From an uncultured Pseudomonadota bacterium (GTDB taxonomy: Bacteria; Pseudomonadota; Gammaproteobacteria; Xanthomonadales; Rhodanobacteraceae), in contig CAVYUN010000004.1 in assembly GCA_963771735.1 (NCBI GenBank), forward strand, positions 81,454 to 145,453: a DNA stretch of 64,000 nt, written 5' to 3'. A model generated the notes under the pieces. That model did no database searches. It saw only the letters and a list, made by a program, of their open reading frames with translations, and had not been told where the DNA came from. The position numbers and the translations under genes are program-made. Shown here one piece after another: positions 21,745-31,290 of this stretch; position 1 is the stretch's first letter, and every line of letters starts with the position of its first letter.

Positions 21745-22830
21745 TCACTGCTTTTTCGGGCTGGTTCCCGATCGGCGCGTCAACAGGATCCGGTCGCCCC
21801 GCTGCACGGCCTGCAGCGGAAAGACTTCTTGCATCAGCCGCACGAACGCTTCGCTGTTGTCGAGCCGGAAATTGCCGCCCACGCGCAAGCTGTCCAGCGA
21901 GGGATCGGCGATCACGATCCGGCGGGTGTTGTAGCGGTTGAATTCCTCGATCGCGTCGGCCAGCGGGGTGCCATGGAAAACCACGTGGCCGCTGCGCCAG
22001 CTCAGGTACTCCTGCGCCTGGTCCAGCGGGATGTGCCGGACTACCACGTCATTGCCATCGACCAGCGCGATGCTTCCAGCTGGCAGCATCGCGGGCGGGC
22101 GCTCCGGGTCGCTGGCGGATTGCAGCCGGACCAGTCCGCGTGTCACCACCACGCGCAGTTTGCCGGTATCGCGGCGCACGTCGAAGCGCGTCCCGACCGC
22201 GATCACGCGATAGCCGTTGGCGTGGACGACGAACGGACGCGTCGGGTCATGCACGACGTCGAAGAAGGCTTCGCCGCTTGCCAGATCAAGATTGCGTTGC
22301 GAATGCGAAAATGCGACGCGCAATTCGGTCCGACTGCCGAGCGTGGCGGTGGAACCATCCGGCAGGTGCGCAACCTGCCGGGCGCCGAGCGAGGTTTGCC
22401 ACTCGGCGTGGACGACCCGTGTCTGGTCCGCGTAATAGAGCAATCCGCCCGCGACCACGGCGGCGAGAACCACGCTCGCGGCAATGCCCGCGAACAGCGG
22501 CCAGCGGCGGCGGCGCCTGCGTGGGGCGATGGTGCCGGCGCGCCCAGGTGGCGCGGCAGCGTCGGTGATCAATGCGGACGCGAAGTAGGGCGAACGCGCC
22601 CACTCGCCGGGCGCGGGAATATGGTCGTAGCCGTCGCCGGCAGCCAGCGTCTTCAGTCGCGCGGCCTCTTCCCACGCCGCTTCCAGGCGCAGGAAAGCCA
22701 CGCGGTGCGCGATGGCTTCGTCCAGCCATGCGTTCAACCGGGCCTCGTTCCGGTCCGACCAGCCGCCGGCATCGCGGCGTGCCAGCCACGCCGCGGCGGT
22801 ACGTTCGATTTGTCGGTAGTCGTCGGTCAT
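21745..22830 (-). CDS. fecR: FecR-family anti-sigma factor / signal transducer
   Basis: 361 aa. N-terminal AAAWLARRDAGGWS..RLNAWL, one TM segment, and a periplasmic FecR domain (GEAFFDVVHDPTRPFVV..., VGTRFDV). Confidence 0.9.
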   Translation of the reverse strand: MTDDYRQIERTAAAWLARRDAGGWSDRNEARLNAWLDEAIAHRVAFLRLEAAWEEAARLKTLAAGDGYDHIPAPGEWARSPYFASALITDAAAPPGRAGTIAPRRRRRRWPLFAGIAASVVLAAVVAGGLLYYADQTRVVHAEWQTSLGARQVAHLPDGSTATLGSRTELRVAFSHSQRNLDLASGEAFFDVVHDPTRPFVVHANGYRVIAVGTRFDVRRDTGKLRVVVTRGLVRLQSASDPERPPAMLPAGSIALVDGNDVVVRHIPLDQAQEYLSWRSGHVVFHGTPLADAIEEFNRYNTRRIVIADPSLDSLRVGGNFRLDNSEAFVRLMQEVFPLQAVQRGDRILLTRRSGTSPKKQ

Positions 22831-23399
22831 CCCGGTTTGCGTATCCTTGCGTGCACGTCCTGTGCATTTTCGCCACCAGCCGCCGCGTCCGATTCGCCGT
22901 GGAAGTAATCGGCCATCAGGCGCGAACCCTTGGCGATGTGCTTCTCGACGGTTTTCTCGCTGATGCCGAGTCGGCGCGAAATTTCCTTTTGCGGCAAATC
23001 CTCGATCCTGCGCAGCCAGACCACTTCGCGGCAGCGTTCCGGCAGACGATCCAGCGCGCGGGCCAGTCGTGCCAGCGCCTCGCGGCCGCCGAACCAGCGA
23101 TCGGGCTCCAGCTCGTCCTTCAAGACGTTCAATTGCTCCAGATCACCCACTGCGGTGATCGACACGATGCGCTGGCGGCGCACCCGGTCGGCGAGCAGGT
23201 TGCGCGCAGTCGCGAACAGGAACGACTTGGGCGAGTTCGGCGGTTGCCGCAATGCCGCTTCGTAGACGCGCACGTAAATTTCCTGACGCAAGTCCGGGAC
23301 CTCGTCATGGTCGCGCCAGTTGCGGCGCAGGAAACGCATCAATGCCTGCTCGTGCACCAGCACTTCGCGCACGAACCAGGCGTCGGTCGATTTTCCCAT
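22827..23399 (-). CDS. fecI: ECF sigma-70 factor, FecI-like
   Basis: 190 aa from the ATG at 23399. DLRQEIYVRVYEA (region 2) and LPERCREVVWLRRIEDLPQKEISRRLGISEKTVEKH (region 4 HTH). ATGA overlap with fecR. Confidence 0.9.
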   Translation of the reverse strand: MGKSTDAWFVREVLVHEQALMRFLRRNWRDHDEVPDLRQEIYVRVYEAALRQPPNSPKSFLFATARNLLADRVRRQRIVSITAVGDLEQLNVLKDELEPDRWFGGREALARLARALDRLPERCREVVWLRRIEDLPQKEISRRLGISEKTVEKHIAKGSRLMADYFHGESDAAAGGENAQDVHARIRKPG

Positions 23400-23510
23400 G
23401 GCTCTATGGTGGAACATGGGTCGGCGGCCGTCGAGTATGCACGAATGCGTGGGGGAATGCGCCGCGCGCTTCGTCGCGATACGGGTCGATGCGAACGGCG
23501 TCGCAAATTC

Positions 23511-24677
23511 ATGGCGGAGGGTGGAATGCTCGGGTGCAGGCAGAACGGAAGGGTGTCGATCGCTTGCCGGTTGCTGGCCTGCGTGGCGTTTCCGATGGCC
23601 GTCGCGCACGCGCGGGCCCCTGCCAAAACAGTGGCGGCTGACGCCAGCTACGAGTATCTCGCGATCGGCAATGTCGCCGCGAAAACACCCGGGGAAACCT
23701 CGCCCGGCCTGTTGCTGATGGGTGGCGGCCGCGAAATCAAGGCCGCATTCCAGTGGTTCGTCGCGCAAGCCGGGCACGGCCACGTCGTGATCCTGCGCGC
23801 GTCCGGGGACGACGCTTTGCAGAAGTGGATCTATCGCAACGTCGGTGGCGTCGCATCGGTGCAAACGCTGATTTTCCACTCGCGCATACCGGCCAGCGAT
23901 CCACGGGTACTGGCCATCGTCAAGCATGCCGATGGCATTTTCATTGCAGGCGGCGACCAGTCCAATTACGTGCGCTTCTGGAAAGGCACGCCGCTGAACG
24001 CTTTGCTGAACAGGCACGTGCGCGAGGGCCGGCCATTGGGCGGCACCAGCGCGGGTCTCGCGATTCTCGGCCAATGGGGTTACGGCGCGATGGATGGCGG
24101 CAACATCACGGCGACCGAAGCCTTGCATGATCCCGCCGGCGCCGCGGTGACACTCGTGGATCATTTCGTCAAGCTGTCGTTGCTGTCCCATGTCATCACC
24201 GACACCCATTTCATGCAACGCGGCAGACTCGGTCGCCTGCTGGCATTCGTGGCGAGATTGGCGGCGGACCACCACACCGCCGCGATCACGGGTCTGGGCG
24301 TGGATCAGGACAGCGCCCTGCTGGTTGATGCCGACGGCGCGGTGCGCTTGCTGAGCTGGCACCCGGACGGACAAGCCTGGGTGGTGGTGCCGGAAAAATT
24401 GCGCGAGGTGGGACATGCGGGTGGGCGCAAGGCATTGGACGCCTACCTGCGTGAGCGCGTGAGTCCGGGGAAACCCCTGAGCCTGCCCGGCTTCGTGGTG
24501 ACAGGTGTCGGGACGGGCAGCCGTTTGCACTTGCCCGATTGCAGCGTGACAAACGCGGCCTTCGTGAAGCGCATAGACGTTGAGCACGGACGCATGATCG
24601 TGCATGCCGAAGCAGACCCGCCGATTGGTCATGCGTCGCGCGCGCAGCAGATCGGGCCGGACTCGACACAACGTTGA
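23511..24677 (+). CDS. secreted peptidase S51 / cyanophycinase-like protein (alternative start 23526)
   Basis: Signal peptide ...AFPMAVAHA; LLMGGGREI, IFIAGGDQSNY, PLGGTSAGLAILG (Ser nucleophile elbow), ITDTHFMQRGRLGRL. Confidence 0.75.
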   Translation: MAEGGMLGCRQNGRVSIACRLLACVAFPMAVAHARAPAKTVAADASYEYLAIGNVAAKTPGETSPGLLLMGGGREIKAAFQWFVAQAGHGHVVILRASGDDALQKWIYRNVGGVASVQTLIFHSRIPASDPRVLAIVKHADGIFIAGGDQSNYVRFWKGTPLNALLNRHVREGRPLGGTSAGLAILGQWGYGAMDGGNITATEALHDPAGAAVTLVDHFVKLSLLSHVITDTHFMQRGRLGRLLAFVARLAADHHTAAITGLGVDQDSALLVDADGAVRLLSWHPDGQAWVVVPEKLREVGHAGGRKALDAYLRERVSPGKPLSLPGFVVTGVGTGSRLHLPDCSVTNAAFVKRIDVEHGRMIVHAEADPPIGHASRAQQIGPDSTQR

Positions 24678-24728
24678 TTCAGGCGCCGTGGCGTAAGGTT
24701 GGTCATCAGCTCACGAGGAGGGTCCGGC

Positions 24729-25196
24729 ATGCGCACGACTCCGTTTTTCCTGATCGCGGTGTTGGCTCTGGCGGGTTGTGCGGCGCAGGCAGCGCGCGAT
24801 CCAGCCGCGGCTGCGGCGCCCGCCACGCACGCGACGCCGATGAACCTCGACGGCACCGAATGGCGTTTCGTCGAGGTCGCAGGAACCATGGTGCCCGCGG
24901 GTGTGCACGCGACGCTGCGCATGCGCGACGGGCGCGCTTCCGGCAAGGCTGGTTGCAACGCCTACGGCGCGACTTACCAAATCGCGCCCGACGGCAGCGC
25001 GAAATTCGGCGCCGCGATGTCCACCAAGATGGCCTGCCTGAAGCCGGAAGGCGCGATGCACGTGGAGCAGGGCGTGCTGGAAGCCCTGCGCCGTGCCACA
25101 AGGCTCGAACGGCACGGCGGCGATCTCGTCCTGTTCGATGCCTCCGGCAAGCCGCTGGCGAAGTTGGCGCCGATCGCGCATACCGCGTCGCCATAG
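24729..25196 (+). CDS. META-domain (HslJ-like) lipoprotein
   Basis: Lipobox LALAGC; GTEWRFVEVAG, GKAGCNAYGATYQ, STKMAC, LVLFDASGKPLAKL. Confidence 0.75.
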   Translation: MRTTPFFLIAVLALAGCAAQAARDPAAAAAPATHATPMNLDGTEWRFVEVAGTMVPAGVHATLRMRDGRASGKAGCNAYGATYQIAPDGSAKFGAAMSTKMACLKPEGAMHVEQGVLEALRRATRLERHGGDLVLFDASGKPLAKLAPIAHTASP

Positions 25197-25199
25197 TGC

Positions 25200-26282
25200 T
25201 TACTGGTAATTGATGATGTAGGTGGCTATGCCCTTCACCGAGCCTGCGGCGACCGGCGTGCCGGTGCGGTAATAGCGTGCATACAGGTTGATCGCATAGC
25301 TGCTGCCGGACGTGGTGCCGGTGTTGATGGCCTGGGCGGGATCATCGCTGAAGGTGATTGGGGTGCTTCCGTCGGCCCTGAGGATTTGCACGCCCACGTT
25401 GGTCGCGTAACCCGCCCCCGTCGAGGGTGCGATGACGCCAGTGGCGCTCGTGTACGGGTTCGTGGTGTTGATGTTGATGAAGACCTTCTGGTTCGCCGGG
25501 CAGTTGACCAGTTGCAGGCTGAAAGGCGTGGAACCGGGCGTCGGATTGCTCGCGAGTTGTGCGGCGGTCACGCTGGGCAACGTAACGACCTTGTTGACCG
25601 AACCTGGATCGACATTGCAGGTGGGCACCTGGATATTGATGATGGCGCTGATGTTGAAGGTTTCGACCGGCTGCGGTGATACGGTGCCGTTGCAACCCAG
25701 GTAGTAGCCGAAGAACAGGTTGGGTTTGTCGCAGATATCGATCTTCCATTGCGACAGTTGGCCCGTGAGCGTGCTGTTGTTGGGGGGCAGGTAGGGACCG
25801 GTGTACACGAGCTGCAGATTGGTGGTCACGCTGTAGGTGGCACTTCCGCTTCCCACTGGGTAGTTCGGATACAACGCCAGATCGTTACTGGCGTCGGGAT
25901 GCAGCAGGCGATAGGAAATGCCCGGTATGCCGGTCGGGATGAGCGTGTTGTTGCCGTTGACCGGTGTCGAGGCGGCGATGGTGTTGAAGATGCCGCCGTT
26001 GGTATTGCCGTCGCATTGCAATACGGGTGGGTTGGCTGGGTTGGCCGTGTTCGAGGTCCAAAGCACCGTCCCCACGGCAGTGCTCGGCGTCAGCGTGATG
26101 TTGCCGGCATTGAAGGTGACCGTGGTGGCCGATCCACTGGTAAACCAGCATGTCGCCCACGCCGCGCGCGGCGCGCTGGCCACGCCGATCAGCAACAGGC
26201 AGGCGCACAGCAGACGCAACAAGCGTTGCGAGCGACCGTTGGTACGCGCGCTGATCGTCGCGGATGAAAGGGTCAGGTGCAT
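25200..26282 (-). CDS. two-domain fimbrial tip adhesin / minor subunit (chaperone-usher type)
   Basis: 360 aa. C-terminal pilin domain with paired Cys (PTCNV...LVNCP) and an ...ATYIINYQ terminus like the major subunit. The extra ~170-aa N-terminal domain fits a receptor-binding lobe. Confidence 0.75.
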   Translation of the reverse strand: MHLTLSSATISARTNGRSQRLLRLLCACLLLIGVASAPRAAWATCWFTSGSATTVTFNAGNITLTPSTAVGTVLWTSNTANPANPPVLQCDGNTNGGIFNTIAASTPVNGNNTLIPTGIPGISYRLLHPDASNDLALYPNYPVGSGSATYSVTTNLQLVYTGPYLPPNNSTLTGQLSQWKIDICDKPNLFFGYYLGCNGTVSPQPVETFNISAIINIQVPTCNVDPGSVNKVVTLPSVTAAQLASNPTPGSTPFSLQLVNCPANQKVFININTTNPYTSATGVIAPSTGAGYATNVGVQILRADGSTPITFSDDPAQAINTGTTSGSSYAINLYARYYRTGTPVAAGSVKGIATYIINYQ

Positions 26283-26376
26283 GGCATGACCTCGTGGTGG
26301 GGCGCGGATGGATTGTGCGCGACGATCGTGCGTCCGCGCGGGATTGCATCCGCATATTGCAGATTCAGGTGCGTCT

Positions 26377-29118
26377 TCATGGCGCTTCCTCGGCTTGCAC
26401 CGCGGCTACGCTCTTGCCCGCATTGCAGGTGGCGGCAATGGGCGGCAGCGCTTCCGCGCGCTTGCCTGATTCGGGAACGGCGTAGGCGAACGCGCAAGAC
26501 CGTGCGACACCTTGCGCGCCCTGCCACTTCGCGTGCAACTCCCCGGACTTGCGGATCACCCGCAACAGTGCCAGACCACCCTGGCCGACGGTGCCGATGA
26601 CCTGGCCTTCGGCGTCCTGGATCTCGGTTCCGAAGGGCAGGGCCTTGCCGTCCGCGGTGTGGATGCGAGCGATCAATGCCTGTCCGTAATGACTCTTGAA
26701 ATTCACCATGACGATCGCGCCCGCGTACGGCGCGATGTTGGCGCTGGTGGCATCCAATTGCACGCCCAACGGCAAACCTTGCGGATCGATCTGGATGGTG
26801 TCGAGCTGATAAGGCGTGAGGTAGGGCACCAGCGCGTAACCGAAATGATCCACGCGCACGCCCGGAGCATTGAGGATGTGGGCGCCGGCGGCGCCTGGCA
26901 CGTGCACGACGGCGGCGGTGTCGCCCAGCGGCTGGCCGAAGGTGACGCCGCCCGCGTGCGCGACCAGTGCACCGCTGGCGCCGAAGGATTCCTGCGAATA
27001 GCCGCTGCCCTTGCCGACGCTGGCGTTCAATATCGCGTAGGGACTGTTGTAGCCCGCATTCACGCTGAATGCGCTTCCCGTGCCGCCACTCGAATGCGAG
27101 GCGCTGGCGCCGTACACGAACTGGTTCCACCGGCCGGCGGTGCCGTTCAGCACGGCCTGTTCCTGGCTGCCGTTGGCGTCGCTGTGGTTGAGATTGACCG
27201 ACAGGCTGGGCGCATAAGCTTTGCTGCCGAGCGGCAGGCTTGCGTTGACGAACACCTGATTGTCGTAGCCGCCGAATTGGGTACGTCCGCGGCTCAAGGT
27301 GATGCCGTAGGCAAGCCGCTTGAAGTGGTTGTTGTAGCCGAACTGGAACTGGGTGTCGCGCCCATGCTGGTTCCAGTAGTCGTTGATCGACGCGTTGGCG
27401 TACAGCGAACCGCCGTGGTCGCCCAGCCGCTGGCTGAGCGTCAGGGTGAAGCGGTCCTTCTGCTGCAGCAGGCCGGTCGGCGTGAACAGGTTGTCGCTGT
27501 TGTACGCGGTGCCGGAAAGCGCCGCGCGCTGCGCAGGCGTCAGCAGGCTCAGGTCCGGCACGCCGTTGATCATCGGGATGCTTGATGGCAGGTATTGCAG
27601 GGTGTTCAGGCCGCGGCGTGCGTAGTCACGCGCGTATTCGGCGTTCTGCAGGCTCATGAAACCGCTGGTGGAATAACGGTATGCGGCGACGCTGAGCGTG
27701 GTGTCGGTCTCGGGGATGATCTTGCTGTAGGTCACGCGCAGGCTCTCGCCATTGTGCGTGCCGTAGCCGGGAATGACGGCGTGGGCCTGGGTGATGTCCA
27801 GCGCCAGCGCACCGAAGCGCGTGTTGAACGCCGCGCCGAAGAGAGCGGCGGCGTAACCCTCCGAACCTTGCAGGCCCGCGTACCCGGTGACGAGGTTGCT
27901 GAAGCCGTGCTGGACCGTGGCCTGGAGGACGCCGGGCTTGTCCTTGAGACCGTTGTCGCGCAACTGGCCCGCCGCCACGTCGAAGCGGGTGATCCCGGGG
28001 CGCAGAGATTGCGCCACCGAGGCGTAGGGCAGTGTGAAACTGTGCGTGCGGCCGTCGGCTTCGGTGACGGTGACCACCAGATCGCCGCCGTAGCCGGCCG
28101 GATACAGGTCGCGGATCACGAACGGACCAGGTGCGACGGTGGTCTGGTAAATCTGCACGCCATTCTGGGTCACGCTGACCTTGGCATTGCTGTCGGCGAC
28201 GCCGCGCACCACCGGCGCGTAACCGCGCAGCGACTGCGGCAGCATGCGATCGTCAGTGCCTAGTTGTACGCCACGCAGGCTGAAACTGTCGAACACCGCG
28301 CCGTCCGTGTAGCTGTCGCCGATGGTCAAGGTGGAGCGCAATTTGGGCAGGTCGCGGCGCACGTAGGCATTGATGTTCTGCCAATGCCGCTGGCCGGGCT
28401 GGTCGGCCGTGCCGGATTGCCAGCTGACGGTCGAATCCTGGCGGAAGTGCCACTCCCCGAGATTCAGGCCCGCGTTGAGTCCGAGATAGGTACTGGTCTG
28501 GCTCTGGCCGTTGTTGCTGGTGTGGTAGGTGTTGAGGTTGTAGTTCAGCAGGAAGGCCGGCACGCCCGCGTCCCAGGATGCCGGGTCGACATAGCCGCGC
28601 GGCATCTGGCCCATGTAGGCCTGCGGAATGCTGGCATCCAGCTTGAGGTCGCTCTGGTCGTAGACCATTCTTGCGTGGGGTATGAGTTGTTCAAGCTGCA
28701 CGCAGGCGCCGGGCGTTTTCAGTTGTGTCACCGCGCCCGTCGCGGACTTGGCAGGGGCAAGGCCCATGCGATCGAGCAAGCGCTGATCGACGCAAGGCAC
28801 GGCACTCGCGCCCGGCACCGGGGCGGCAAAGCGCACATCGAGCCGGCCGATCCAGTTCTGGTTGACGGACACATCCACGTTGTAGATGCCAGGCAACACC
28901 AGGTTGCCATGCGCAAACCGCGCCAGTTCGGCGGCGTTGCTGTCGCCACCGGCCAACATGCCGTGGTCGAATTCAGCGAAGCCGCCGACTGCGGCAGCAG
29001 CGGCCGCATGCGCTGGCGTCGTCCACGCGTTCGCGCCCAGCGCCGCGCCGCAGGCGAGCGCCAGCGCGGCGTATTTCAGCAGCGGTGCATGCGTGCGGCT
29101 GGCGCGACGACGCGTCAT
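26377..29118 (-). CDS. fimbrial outer-membrane usher (PapC/FimD family)
   Basis: 913 aa. N-terminal FDHGMLAG...LARF..GNLVLPGIYNVDVSVNQ; central LRGVQLGTDDRMLP, plus plug and C-terminal domains. Confidence 0.93.
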   Translation of the reverse strand: MTRRRASRTHAPLLKYAALALACGAALGANAWTTPAHAAAAAAVGGFAEFDHGMLAGGDSNAAELARFAHGNLVLPGIYNVDVSVNQNWIGRLDVRFAAPVPGASAVPCVDQRLLDRMGLAPAKSATGAVTQLKTPGACVQLEQLIPHARMVYDQSDLKLDASIPQAYMGQMPRGYVDPASWDAGVPAFLLNYNLNTYHTSNNGQSQTSTYLGLNAGLNLGEWHFRQDSTVSWQSGTADQPGQRHWQNINAYVRRDLPKLRSTLTIGDSYTDGAVFDSFSLRGVQLGTDDRMLPQSLRGYAPVVRGVADSNAKVSVTQNGVQIYQTTVAPGPFVIRDLYPAGYGGDLVVTVTEADGRTHSFTLPYASVAQSLRPGITRFDVAAGQLRDNGLKDKPGVLQATVQHGFSNLVTGYAGLQGSEGYAAALFGAAFNTRFGALALDITQAHAVIPGYGTHNGESLRVTYSKIIPETDTTLSVAAYRYSTSGFMSLQNAEYARDYARRGLNTLQYLPSSIPMINGVPDLSLLTPAQRAALSGTAYNSDNLFTPTGLLQQKDRFTLTLSQRLGDHGGSLYANASINDYWNQHGRDTQFQFGYNNHFKRLAYGITLSRGRTQFGGYDNQVFVNASLPLGSKAYAPSLSVNLNHSDANGSQEQAVLNGTAGRWNQFVYGASASHSSGGTGSAFSVNAGYNSPYAILNASVGKGSGYSQESFGASGALVAHAGGVTFGQPLGDTAAVVHVPGAAGAHILNAPGVRVDHFGYALVPYLTPYQLDTIQIDPQGLPLGVQLDATSANIAPYAGAIVMVNFKSHYGQALIARIHTADGKALPFGTEIQDAEGQVIGTVGQGGLALLRVIRKSGELHAKWQGAQGVARSCAFAYAVPESGKRAEALPPIAATCNAGKSVAAVQAEEAP

Positions 29119-29861
29119 TGCGCGACGACCGCCTTGTGGGTATCGCCCGCGCCGTAATCATTGATCGTGGTAAAGACGACCGCTGCGCCCGTGACGGGGG
29201 CTTGCACGGTACCTTTCAAGGACAAGTGCAGATCGCCGAACGGGGCGACCATGCCCTCGGCACCCTCGACGGGCTTCGGGTTCGCGCCGAGCGACAGGCT
29301 GCTGATGGTGATGTAGTACGCCGTGGGGTTGTGGATTTCCAGCGCCGCAGCTTGTCCGGCCGCGGCCTTGAAGGTGAGACGATCGGGCGCCGTCAGCGGG
29401 TCACCCGGCAATTTGGCCGGACGATAGAAAAGCTTGATGCGGCTGCGGATGGCGAACTGCAGGTAGTTCTTGCCGGCATCCTCGGGGCCGCTGGGTTTCG
29501 GCGGGATCTCCAGCACGTTCAGCCAGAACACCGACTCGCGGTCGCCGGGCAGCGGCTTGCCACCCTGCACGAACAGGATGCGCAGGCTCTGGTCCTTGTT
29601 GGGATCCATCCGGAACAGCGGCGGCGTGATCAGGAATGGCGTGTGCGCGGAGTCCGGCGTGGAATTGACGTTGCCGTCGTCGATCCAGGCCTCGACCAGC
29701 GCAGGCCGCGGGTTGTCGTTGGTCAGGCGTACCGTGGCCTCCCCCTGGGCGGCGTTGAAGATCACGCGGGTGCCGGTGATCACGACGCTGGCATGGGCCT
29801 GCAGGGGTGCCAGGCACAAAGCTGCCGCGGCCGCGCAAAATGCGCGGGTCAACATATTCAT
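29115..29861 (-). CDS. fimbrial periplasmic chaperone (PapD-like)
   Basis: 248 aa. Signal peptide then VVITGTRVIFNAAQGEATVRLTNDNPRPALVEAWID and PPLFRMDPNKDQSLRI. ATGA overlap with the usher. Confidence 0.92.
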   Translation of the reverse strand: MNMLTRAFCAAAAALCLAPLQAHASVVITGTRVIFNAAQGEATVRLTNDNPRPALVEAWIDDGNVNSTPDSAHTPFLITPPLFRMDPNKDQSLRILFVQGGKPLPGDRESVFWLNVLEIPPKPSGPEDAGKNYLQFAIRSRIKLFYRPAKLPGDPLTAPDRLTFKAAAGQAAALEIHNPTAYYITISSLSLGANPKPVEGAEGMVAPFGDLHLSLKGTVQAPVTGAAVVFTTINDYGAGDTHKAVVAQ

Positions 29862-29936
29862 GGTTTGTCTCCAGTCGGGTTGGGTCGATGAGCCCGCCGC
29901 GCGCGTCTGGTACTGCGCAGCGGGCTCTCGCCAGAC

Positions 29937-30521
29937 TTACTGGTAGTTGATGACGTACTGGACCGATGTCGACACGGTGCCGGCTGTCGGTGCCGCATTG
30001 GCGACGTAGTATTGCGCCTTGTAGTTGAGTGTCGCAGTGCCGGTACCGCTCACCGCGACCTGGTCGGTGACGTTGGCGTTGCCTGTCGGCGCCGCGGTGC
30101 CGATCGTGAACGCGGTGTTGCTGTTATCCAGCAGCTGTACGTCCACGCCAGTCGCGTATCCGGTGCCAACGGTGTTCTTCAGCCCACCAGTGACGGATGT
30201 GTCCGCATTGGTCGCCGAGTAAAACTGGGCACCGACCTTGATCGCAGTTGCATATACTGGGCAACCCGTCAGGTTCAGCGTGAACGCGGTGGCGCTGGCC
30301 CCATAAGCGCCGACGCCATTGGTGGTGAGGGCGCTCGTTTGCACGTTCGGCAAGGCAACGGTGAAGCTGCTGGTGCCGCCGTTGACGTTGCAGGTGTTGG
30401 TCAGTACCTGGCCATTGAAGGTGATGGTGCCGCTGTCAGCCGCGTTGGCGGTGGGTGCAAGGGCCAAAGCGCCGCAAGCAACGGCAAGTGCGGTGGCCAG
30501 CAAGGTGGACTTAAGGATCAT
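29937..30521 (-). CDS. major type-1-like fimbrial subunit
   Basis: 194 aa. Signal peptide; GTITFNGQVLTNTCNV...LTGC disulfide pair; C-terminal ...VQYVINYQ. Confidence 0.88.
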   Translation of the reverse strand: MILKSTLLATALAVACGALALAPTANAADSGTITFNGQVLTNTCNVNGGTSSFTVALPNVQTSALTTNGVGAYGASATAFTLNLTGCPVYATAIKVGAQFYSATNADTSVTGGLKNTVGTGYATGVDVQLLDNSNTAFTIGTAAPTGNANVTDQVAVSGTGTATLNYKAQYYVANAAPTAGTVSTSVQYVINYQ

Positions 30522-30675
30522 GGCTGCAGTCTCTCTCTCTCAGAAAATGTGGATGAATCCCGGCCTTGTGGTTCGTGGACCGGGTTCGGCAGGACATACT
30601 TCATGTTCCGTGCCAACTCGTAATCGCTAAATGATTGATTACATGTGTGACGCGATCGCAATAACCATTGCGAAT

Positions 30676-30691
30676 TGTGACGTGGATCACC
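30676..30691. promoter_or_regulatory. candidate CRP/Clp-type binding site upstream of the fimbrial operon
   Basis: TGTGAcgtggaTCACc matches TGTGA-N6-TCACA at 9/10 positions. It is ~155 nt upstream of the major-subunit ATG, next to an AT-rich patch. Confidence 0.3.
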
Positions 30692-30930
30692 TGCGAGGTG
30701 GGTCCGGCTTCAGCACTGGCCCGGGTGCTTGATCGCCGGGGATCGGGCATGGGAGTGGCAGGTGTTCGGGCATCCGCAGGCCGTGGACTTGGCCCCGCAC
30801 CCGGCGGCTACTGGCGGAGGTTGACTTGCGAGCCGTCGGACGGGAAAATACGCGGTCTTTGTTATGCGAATTGCAGAAACCCGGGTGTCATCGAACATCG
30901 CCGGGTTCTCGGTGTCGGTGCGGGAAATTT

Positions 30931-30997
30931 GAACGCGACGTGAAACGGCGCGGCTCAGGAAGGGCGGAGGGCAGGCCGCCCGAAGTCATCCACCTCC
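30931..30997 (+). repeat. tRNA-Tyr-associated repeat, unit U1 (ends in an 11-nt fragment of the tRNA-Tyr 3' half)
   Basis: gaacgcgacgtgaaacggcgcggc...gcggaggg...gtcatccacctccc; about 75% identical by eye to 31215-31290. Confidence 0.6.
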
Positions 30998-31041
30998 CGA
31001 TGCGACAACTTATTAATGAGGTAGTACAAGAACCGGAATCC

Positions 31042-31127
31042 GGAGGGATACCCAAGCGGCCAACGGGGGCAGACTGTAAATCTGCTGGCTTACGCCTTCG
31101 GTGGTTCGAATCCACCTCCCTCCACCA
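31042..31127 (+). tRNA. tRNA-Tyr (anticodon GUA), long variable arm
   Basis: ggagggatacccaagcggccaacgggggcagactgtaaatctgc...ggttcgaatccacctccctccacca; encoded CCA. Confidence 0.95.
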
Positions 31128-31214
31128 GCTTCAACAGTGCGAGACGCTTCATGTAGGTGGACGGGAACCGCCGGAATGAAGTGATGGTTCGACCGATTCG
31201 CCGGAAGCGAATCG

Positions 31215-31290
31215 GAACGCGACGCGGAAAGCGGCGCGGCCCCGAAAAAGCGGATGGCGGGATGTCGACGTCATCCACCTTCCTCCACCA
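31215..31290 (+). repeat. tRNA-Tyr-associated repeat, unit U2, ending in a pseudo 3' end of tRNA-Tyr
   Basis: ...gtcatccaccttcctccacca versus the genuine cgaatccacctccctccacca (31107-31127). Preceded by the hairpin ccgattcgc-cggaa-gcgaatcgg (31193-31215). Confidence 0.6.

Noticed and set aside
23400-23510. A Fur box or iron-starvation promoter in the fecI / S51-peptidase divergent region, and an ECF -35/-10 pair in the fecR-receptor spacer (21546-21744).
   Set aside because: No convincing match to GATAATGATAATCATTATC was seen by eye. GAAAC/CGTC-like hexamers in the second spacer are too degenerate to call without a weight matrix.
22572-24671. The 701-aa plus-strand and 614-aa minus-strand ORFs that overlap each other almost completely.
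   Set aside because: Only the 3' part of each is conserved (S51 peptidase from 23511; FecI-like sigma from 23399 downward). The remainders are mutual antisense shadows.
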